DNA from: Eledone cirrhosa
Taxonomy: Eukaryota
NCBI GenBank assembly: GCA_964016885.1
Contig: OZ024746.1
Location: forward strand, 20,832,001-20,896,000
Direction of reading: 5' to 3'
Length of the DNA: 64,000 nucleotides
Shown: positions 56,046 to 64,000 of the stretch, piece after piece
Numbering within the stretch: position 1 is the stretch's first letter
How the letters are laid out: every line of letters begins with the position of its first letter
Notes under the pieces: model-generated
Told to the model about the DNA's origin: nothing
What the model saw: the letters and a program-made list of their open reading frames with translations, nothing else
The model's database searches: none
Translations under genes and position numbers: made by a program

Positions 56046-56417
56046 AGTTCCACAAAAGGTTAACAATCCATACTTGTTTCAGCCCAAAGATTATTCAAAT
56101 CGGGTATGGTTATAGCGAAAGTCGTACACAATTCTCGTTTTGAATAATCCTTTGTATGTATGTATGTATGTATCTATGTATGTATGTATGTATGTATGTA
56201 TGTATGTATGTATGTATGTATGTATGTATGTATGTATGTATGTGTGTGTATGTGGTCGTGCATGCGTGTATATGTAAATATATTTTAAAATTTAAGAAGG
56301 CGAAAGAAAACTCCGGGTCAAGCGTTTTCTTATAGAATGTTGTATTATACATACCATCATTTCGATAGGTATTATGCTAGTATATATATATAGCCTCCTC
56401 ATACACACACACACACA

Positions 56418-56456
<39 letters not shown>

Positions 56457-57556
56457 ATACACACACACAAACACACACGCACACGCATATATATATATAT
56501 ATGTATAAAGACCTTTGTCTGATGGTTGTGGTTTATTACCCCCCACATACAGAGTCGATTCAGAAAAAAAGAAAGATAACAAGAAAAAAAAATGAAAGTT
56601 AAAGAAATCGATATAGGATATAGACGGGTAAAAAATGGGAGGGAGATATAGAAAGAAAAAGTGTGGTAAGATTTCTGGTGATATCATATATTTGAATAAA
56701 AGAATACTAATTTACTTAACCATCATAATCCTTAAAGAGAAAAGTAAGATTTATTGAGCATTTATTTTAAATATCAACTATAAATCTGTCGGTCTTTCAC
56801 AGTACAATCGAATAACACAATAAACTTGGTTGTAAAGCAAAAGAGATTAACCATAACTAATGTTAAAATTAAATGCAGACAAGATAACATTACACTCTAT
56901 TTATTCTGGTCTAAGATATTTAAATTCTCTTTATTGGTTCAAATATTCCAGATGCAGACTCAAATATTCTCTAGCTTTAGAGTATATGATAGGTTTAATG
57001 TGGTTATTGTTGAACTGGTGTTTTGGGAATAGATTTCATTCATAGTTGACAACTATACAACGATTTTGAATTTAGTCTCTTTTGGGTAGAGCCACAGAGA
57101 TCACCGAGAATGGATAAACACACACGCACACACACACACATACACATACACACGCATATACACATATATATACTCATACACACACGCAGCGCACACAAAT
57201 ACATATACATAATACACACATACACACATACATATATATATACACATGAATTCGCAAACATACACACACATATACACGCACACACACATACATATACACA
57301 TACATACACATTCACAACACACATACACATATACACGTTTAAACTCACTGCATTTAAATGTGTCTGATGTTATACGTTAGAGATTGCCATTTCGACTTGC
57401 ACGGTATATTTCACGAGGTTATTCACCCCAATGTTATTCAATTATAAAAACACCGCCATATTCTGATTATATATTTCATTCATTACAATACTATTACTTT
57501 AATCCCGTAAATCCTGAGGGCGTCGGAGGGGAGCCGTATTGATATACAGTATTTCT

Positions 57557-57901
57557 AGAGCATCTTAAAACCTGGCGGAGTCCATCCCTCTCTGGCGGAG
57601 TCCATCCCTCTCTGGCGGAGTCCATCCCTCTCCAGGTCTGAGTCCATCCCTCTCAAGGTCTGAATACAGCAGATTTCTTCCAGGGAAAGATAGAGAAGGG
57701 GAGAAAAGAAGAGAGTGGAAGTGAGGAAGAGACATAGAAGAAGAATCAACCACAGTACTTGACTGATACTTTGTTTTATCAATCCCGAATGGATGAAAGG
57801 CAAAGTTAAACGCAGCAAATTTTGAACCCAACGCAGAGAACCGAAACGAATACAGCAAAGCATTCTATTCGACTTTCTAACCACTCTGTCAATTCACCGC
57901 C
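57557..57901 (-). mobile_element. SINE family B with internal 20-bp tandem amplification
   Basis: Head at 57901; CTGGCGGAGTCCATCCCTCT x3 plus a partial copy at 57572-57660. Confidence 0.75.
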
Positions 57902-58157
57902 TACAATGTTATTTAGAAAACGTTAAAACAATGTTCTTGCATGTATATTTTCTCTTTCTGGTCGGACATTTAAGAGAGTTTAAGTTGGCCAGCGTTCCTC
58001 ATCAGCAATAAGGATGTAAAGAGAACACGTAAATATCTTTTCACTATGTTCTAGTTTTAATGTTTAAATTTCTTACCATTAAAGAGCCTGATTTTAACCC
58101 AGAGAGTAAGCTCTTTCATTGGAATTTAGACATTAACTAGATAGTCAAGTATGTATG

Positions 58158-58191
<34 letters not shown>

Positions 58192-58244
58192 TGTATGTAT
58201 GTATGTATGTATGTATGTATGTATGTATGTATGTATGTATGTAT

Positions 58245-58582
58245 GTCTCTTTCTCTTAATTTCGAGTATATTTTTTTGACCGGCCACCTTCCTGGTGGCA
58301 AGGTTGTAAAAGAAAAGAAATTGTCATCCCTTGAATCGCAAGAATGTTTTGCAAATTTTGAAGGTGCCAGCTATCGCAGCTATTTGTAGACTATGAATTA
58401 GGGAGCTGCGCTTTTTGTTCGCAAATCCAAGTTCAGTCATACTTTGGTCCAAGCGGGTTGGTATATAACCCGTAGCTCCAATAATGATGGGTATGAAGCT
58501 AAAGGTGTATCTTGGATACTGGATTTGTAAACTCCTCATCAATGGTCCGTAGATGTCCTCCTTCTCCTGTATTTTTCTGACT
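58245..58582 (-). mobile_element. 3' end of a site-specific (R4/Dong/NeSL-like) non-LTR retrotransposon
   Basis: Open frame KIQEKEDIYGPLMRSLQIQYPRYTFSFIPIIIGATGYIP...GTFKICKTFL* (K..xY..L ... IIIGA.G pattern of RLE C-termini); short 3' UTR; (CATA)n on both sides. Confidence 0.75.
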
Positions 58583-58632
58583 ATGTATGTATGTATGTAT
58601 GTATGTATGTATGTATGTATGTATGTATGTAT

Positions 58633-60434
58633 GGGTGACTTTGGACATCCTGCAGGACTAAAAACAAAACCTGTCAAAGGGCAAAGGAGCTCTTAAGAGT
58701 CAATGGCCATCCAAAATCACCGGGAGAGATGACCCCTTAGCCTTTGTCAAGGCAGAATTCTAGGAGAAGGAAAACTCTGATATAACACCTGCAACCCTGA
58801 TGGTATCCAATGATGTTGACTTGTTCTTCTTTTTGGTAAATATCATCTTGGTTAAGAGAGTGGGACTGGCTTTGTGCAGTGCCTTTGCTCACTATAAAAG
58901 CTTCACGGCACAGGCATTGCTTTATATCTGGAGATCTCTCTGCACTTGTCGTCACATGGTACCATGGGCCCAGCACTATGTGTCAGTAATTGTCACAAGT
59001 GTAGTGTTTGTACCAGAGTTTTCAAGTCGCTGGCTGGACTAAAAAGTCACACTCGTTCAGCGCATCGGTAGGGGTTCTCCTACATGGATATAAAGTAGTG
59101 GCCGTACTCGAAAACGAGTTGGCAGCCACCATGTATGTATGTATGTATGTATGTATGTATGTATGTATTATGGTCAAGTCACTAGTTGGTGCTACTGGTA
59201 ACATGTATCCCAGTACAATCTGTCTCATGGTCGGGTCGTTGGCGACTAAACTGGCAACCCCACCAAGGTTTCTTGGTGAGGAGGGTGACTTTGGACATCC
59301 TGCAGGACTAAAAACAAAACCTGTCAAAGGGCAAAGGAGCTCTTAAGAGTCAATGGCCATCTAAAATCACCGGGAGAGATGACCCCTTAGCCTTTGTCAA
59401 GGCAGAATTCTAGGAGAAGGAAAACTTTGATATAACACCTGCAACCCTGATGGTATCCAATGATGTTGACTTGTTCTTCTTTTTGGTAAATATCATCTTG
59501 GTTAAGAGAGTGGGACTGGCTTTGTGCAGTGCCTTTGCTCACTATAAAAGCTTCACGGCACAGGCATTGCTTTATATCTGGAGATCTCTCTGCACTTGTC
59601 GTCACATGGTACCATGGGCCCAGCACTATGTGTCAGTAATTGTCACAAGTGTAGTGTTTGTACCAGAGTTTTCAAGTCGCTGGCTGGACTAAAAAGTCAC
59701 ACTCGTTCAGCGCATCGGTAGGGGTTCTCCTACATGGATATAAAGTAGTGGCCGTACTCGAAAACGAGTTGGCAGCCACCATGTATGTATGTATGTATGT
59801 ATGTATGTATGTATGTATGTATTATGGTCAAGTCACTAGTTGGTGCTACTGGTAACATGTATCCCAGTACAATCTGTCTCATGGTCGGGTCGTTGGCGAC
59901 TAAACTGGCAACCCCACCAAGGTTTCTTGGTGAGGAGGGTGACTTTGGACATCCTGCAGGACTAAAAACAAAACCTGTCAAAGGGCAAAGGAGCTCTTAA
60001 GAGTCAATGGCCATCTAAAATCACCGGGAGAGATGACCCCTTAGCCTTTGTCAAGGCAGAATTGTAGGAGAAGGAAAACTTTGATATAACACCTGCAACC
60101 CTGATGGTATCCAATGATGTTGACTTGTTCTTCTTTTTGGTAAATATCATCTTGGTTAAGAGAGTGGGACTGGCTTTGTGCAGTGCCTTTGCTCACTATA
60201 AAAGCTTCACGGCACAGGCATTGCTTTATATCTGGAGATCTCCCTGCACTTGTCGTCACATGATACCATGGGCCCAGCACTATGTGTCAATAATTGTCAC
60301 AAGTGTAGTGTTTGTAGCAGAGTTTTCAAGTCGCTCTCTGGACTAAAATGTCACACTTGTTCAGCGCATCGGTAGGGGTTCTCCTACATGGATATAAAGT
60401 AGTGGCCGTACTCGAAAACGAGTTGGCAACCACC
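58633..60434 (+). mobile_element. Tandem array of a ~612-bp non-coding element with (ATGT)n tails (2 full copies plus 1 truncated)
   Basis: Units 58633-59130, 59169-59780 and 59823-60434; near-identical; contain TAGCCTTTGTCAAGGCA...CTAGGAGAAGGAAAACTCTGA resembling RTE 5' UTRs. Confidence 0.85.
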
Positions 60435-60937
60435 ATGTATGTATGTATGTATGCATGTATGTATGTTTTTAATGTTTGTAAGCATGAATGTATGGTTTTA
60501 ATGTATGTATAGATATATATGTGTATGTATGCATATATATACAATATATGTGTGTATATGTGTGTATAGATGGAGCGATTGATGTACGTATTTACGAATG
60601 TATGTATGTGTGTATATCTAGGTATGTATCTACCGATGGATGAATGTGTGTGTATGTATGAATATATGTATGCAAGTGTGTATATGTGCGTATATATGTA
60701 TGTACATAGACAAATCTAGACTGCAAAGACATATGACGAAGATTGACATTCCACAGAAATACCTACGTATCTCTATAGATATACCGAATTATACCTGTCA
60801 TATTTGCTTTCGACCTTGTAAAACATAAGCTTGTCTTAAGAATCACTACAGAGCATACATATGCATAACAGCAAATGGAATTTTCACAAGAGATGGCTGT
60901 CGTCTGACAAGATGAAGCAATAATTATGTATGCGTGC

Positions 60938-60992
<55 letters not shown>

Positions 60993-60993
<1 letters not shown>

Positions 60994-61197
60994 CGAAGGG
61001 AATGTGGTAAGGAACCAGGTGGACCATAACGCACCAAAGTACTCAATACTTAGGGTAGTAGAGTGGGTAATAGGAACGAGTAGGACCCCGACGGCTGAGC
61101 TCAAGCCGTTCCGACGGCTAATTCTGGACTAAGTTTAGTCCAGAATTAGCCGTCGAAACGGCTTGAGCTCAGCCGTCGGGGTCCTACTCGTTCCTAT
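60993..61197. mobile_element. (TA)n-flanked element with 63-bp hairpin (17318 family)
   Basis: Arms 61070-61132 and 61135-61197, one mismatch. Confidence 0.88.
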
Positions 61198-61216
61198 ATA
61201 TATATAAATATATTAT

Positions 61217-61447
61217 TAGAAATGTAAGCTATCGCCGTATTTTGACTAAAGAAATTAAAGAAATTATTTAGCCTGATAGTGGGGTTAAGAACCCTTGGAG
61301 AAATGGAAACTCATCTTTTTCCATTTCTCCGAGGGTTCTTAACCCCACTATCAGGCTAAATAACTTCTTTAATTTCTTTAGTCAAAATACGGCGATAGCT
61401 TACATTTCTATTAATTTCAAACCCACTCGCTGTTTCGAAAATATTCT

Positions 61448-61450
<3 letters not shown>
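61217..61450. mobile_element. Fold-back element with 93-bp arms
   Basis: Arms 61217-61309 and 61318-61410; 40-bp one-sided extension to (TA)n. Confidence 0.8.
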
Positions 61451-61540
<90 letters not shown>

Positions 61541-61723
61541 TAAACGGAATAGAAAATGCTGACAAATTGTTCACAGTTGAAAAATGGTTTAATTAGGAAT
61601 AAAAGAGTATTAGTGATTGTATGGGTTAGTATTCAGTTGTGGTTTTAAGTTTTTAAGTTTTTACCGGTTGCGCATTTCTAAATGCTTTTCAAAATATATA
61701 TATATATTACACACACACACACT

Positions 61724-61766
<43 letters not shown>

Positions 61767-61839
61767 TATATGCACATGTATACATATGAATGATTAACTT
61801 TGTTGACCTGGATATTTATATATATTGATGTGCAAGATA

Positions 61840-62021
61840 TACGAGGTTTGGCTGAAAGGTTGGCTGAAAGGGAATGATGCTAGAGCTGTGAAATCTTGCA
61901 TGCATTAATTTCAACTCTTCTTATTAATAACTGTATTATTTGCTTTTGAAAAACAAACCTCATTTGGTCATTCTATAAGAGTAACTTGGTCCGCTTATGG
62001 ACTTTTCAGACAACCCTCGTA
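61840..62021. mobile_element. Tc1/mariner-type MITE with TA TSD
   Basis: TA-CGAGGTTTGGCTGAAA...TTTTCAGACAACCCTCG-TA. Confidence 0.8.
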
Positions 62022-62344
62022 TATCTATTGATATGTAGATATACATCTGTTTGTATATAGACATATAAGTTCATATAATTATTAGATTCGTCTATATACT
62101 TGCATAGTTATATTTCCGAACACAGACAACACCTTAAACAGGGGCTGGAAGCTAATTATGTAGAGATGATATTAAAATACATTCTTACTTTTCGGTAACT
62201 AAACTATTGAATCAGTTTAAATCTGACCAATAGTTCATTTATGTTTATTGCCTCTGTGATTTGTCTAAACATTGCGTCTTTTCTGTGTGTAGATTCTATT
62301 TTTATTTCTATGTTCTCTAATTTGCCCTTATGTTCTATTTTAAG

Positions 62345-62658
62345 CACACAACACACACAAAAACAAGCAGGCGTAGGACAGAACAAAGGAGAGGCACAAA
62401 AACAAGCAGGCGTAGGACAGAACAAAGGAGAAGCACAAAAACAAAGAAAAGAATCTCCAGTCACCGAAGAGGTCACAGAATGTGTGACGAAAGAATTTTG
62501 ACAATATATGAACAACCGTCCGGTTGTGGAACCAACCAACCAACCAACCAACCGGAAATTTATAAATTCTTAAATTTATAAATTTAATTTATAATAAATT
62601 GGAGTGAAAGCAACTGGTGCGTGTGTTTCTTATTGGCAACATGACCCTCCCAAAGCAT

Positions 62659-62666
<8 letters not shown>
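62345..62666 (+). mobile_element. Divergent relative of the 35241 family with hammerhead-like motif
   Basis: Ends ATGACCCTCCCAAAGCATAACAATAT-(TA)n like 35975-36000; motif at 62460-62502; internal 39-bp duplication. Confidence 0.6.
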
Positions 62667-62699
<33 letters not shown>

Positions 62700-63289
62700 C
62701 CTTCAAAGCTACTCGAACGAATAAATTGACTGTAGTATATTACTTATTGATCTAATGAATATAACACTATAACAGCGAAACCACTTATAATATGCGCCAT
62801 TTATTGTACGAAGGCGTTTCTCTCCTGTATACGTCATACAAGTTCACTTTAAAATCTTTCTTTTTCTATAAATGATATTGTTCTGAGTATCAATTAGGAT
62901 TTCGTCACATCTAAGAGTTCAGAATTTATTGGAAGCATACTAATTAGAGGTAAACAGAAAACGTAAAAATGCTCTTATTATGAATCTATTTGTTGATAAA
63001 ACAGAACATTTACTATTATCTATAAAAACTAAGCTCATAGCATCGTCAATTATAATAACTACAGAGAAAAGCCATAGATATAAAAATAAAGGACAATAAC
63101 ATTATATAAATATTATGTTATGCAATATTCTGATTGAAGTAAAGCGTATTCTATACAGATTTAATCTATAGATGAGAACACCGTTCAATACGTAAAAAAG
63201 AATACTATTTTTAATTATATGAAACAACTGTTGTGGACGGCAGTATATCCAAGTAGGGAAGAAGTTCAGTTTACACTCATGGGGCTGCA

Positions 63290-63545
63290 AGCTCGATACC
63301 ACTGTCTGGTATCTTGGGTAAGTGTCTTTTACTATAGTTTCGTGTAGACGCAAACCTTATGAATAAAATATGGTAGTTGGAGGAATTTATCTTTAATGAA
63401 AAAGGCCAGCCTTGTGACACATAGCGGCACACTGAATCTCCCTGAGAATTATGTTAAGGGTTCGCATGTTTGCAGAATATTCAACCACTTACAAAATATA
63501 TTTTCGAACTGCTCATTCAGTTGATTGCACAACAGTCATGGTCGA
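63290..63545 (+). mobile_element. Degenerate SINE-like repeat
   Basis: CTTGGGTAAGTGTCTTT.ACTATAG and GGCCAGCCTTGT...CTGAATCTCCCTGAGAA motifs resemble octopus interspersed repeats (from recall). Confidence 0.4.
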
Positions 63546-64000
63546 CACAAACGAAATTCCATTTGCTTACGTTATTTACAAAACTACTCCAAAGCTATTT
63601 TATGCTGAACATCATCGATCTTCATAGGGTTAGGTTTTAATAGTTATTTTCGATATCATGGAGGGACTAAAGGAACAGATTATCTTCACAGAGTGCTTAC
63701 TCATTATTTTAAAGTACCTATGTGTGGGCTATGAAATGCTTATACGTGAGTTCAAAACTGCTAAAACAAACCCAATAAAGATCTAAGATGCTCTTGCTGG
63801 ATAAAGGAAGACTGCCCATTGCAATAGAGCTATAATATCAGATTCACTGTGTACAAAGCCAAAGTTTTACCAATTACCGCCAACCATGCAGAAAGCAGTG
63901 AAGGATAAGTCGGGTATGATACAAGATCGATTTAAACAGCACTACTTTAATTCAATGTCATCCTGTTCTGAATTACGATTAGAGCACTTGATGATTCTAA

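Noticed and set aside
58737-60346. Repeated 79-112 aa ORFs in the tandem units
   Set aside because: Short, overlapping on both strands, with no motif; their recurrence merely reflects DNA duplication
61268-61310. CTGATAG...GGGTT-AAG-AACCC...GAAA as a hammerhead
   Set aside because: The core deviates (CTGATAG) and spacing to GAAA is wrong; kept only as a fold-back element

Overview
AT-rich, microsatellite-dense eukaryotic DNA, most likely from an octopus or other coleoid cephalopod (inferred from the SINE families and the (TA)n/(CA)n load). No host protein-coding gene could be confidently identified, and almost all ORFs in the track are simple-repeat artefacts. The recognisable coding remnants are all transposon-derived: a deleted mariner transposase (12985-13646), a young Tx1/L1-clade LINE with an uninterrupted RT C-terminal ORF (to 33526), a degenerate RTE-like LINE 3' end (~55.1-55.5 kb) and an R4/Dong-like restriction-like-endonuclease tail embedded in (TATG)n (58.2-58.6 kb). 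The window also holds many tRNA-derived SINEs, mariner and hAT MITEs, a 5S rRNA fragment and several minisatellites. The most striking pattern is at least six unrelated non-coding families sitting in (TA)n tracts with one shared asymmetric fold-back architecture. Several of them, and several non-inverted (TA)n islands, carry minimal hammerhead-ribozyme-like motifs, one family with compensatory stem changes; this points to non-autonomous Penelope-like/retrozyme elements. A second notable locus is a tandem array of ~650-bp non-coding units delimited by (ATGT)n. All calls were made by eye and none has been checked against a database.
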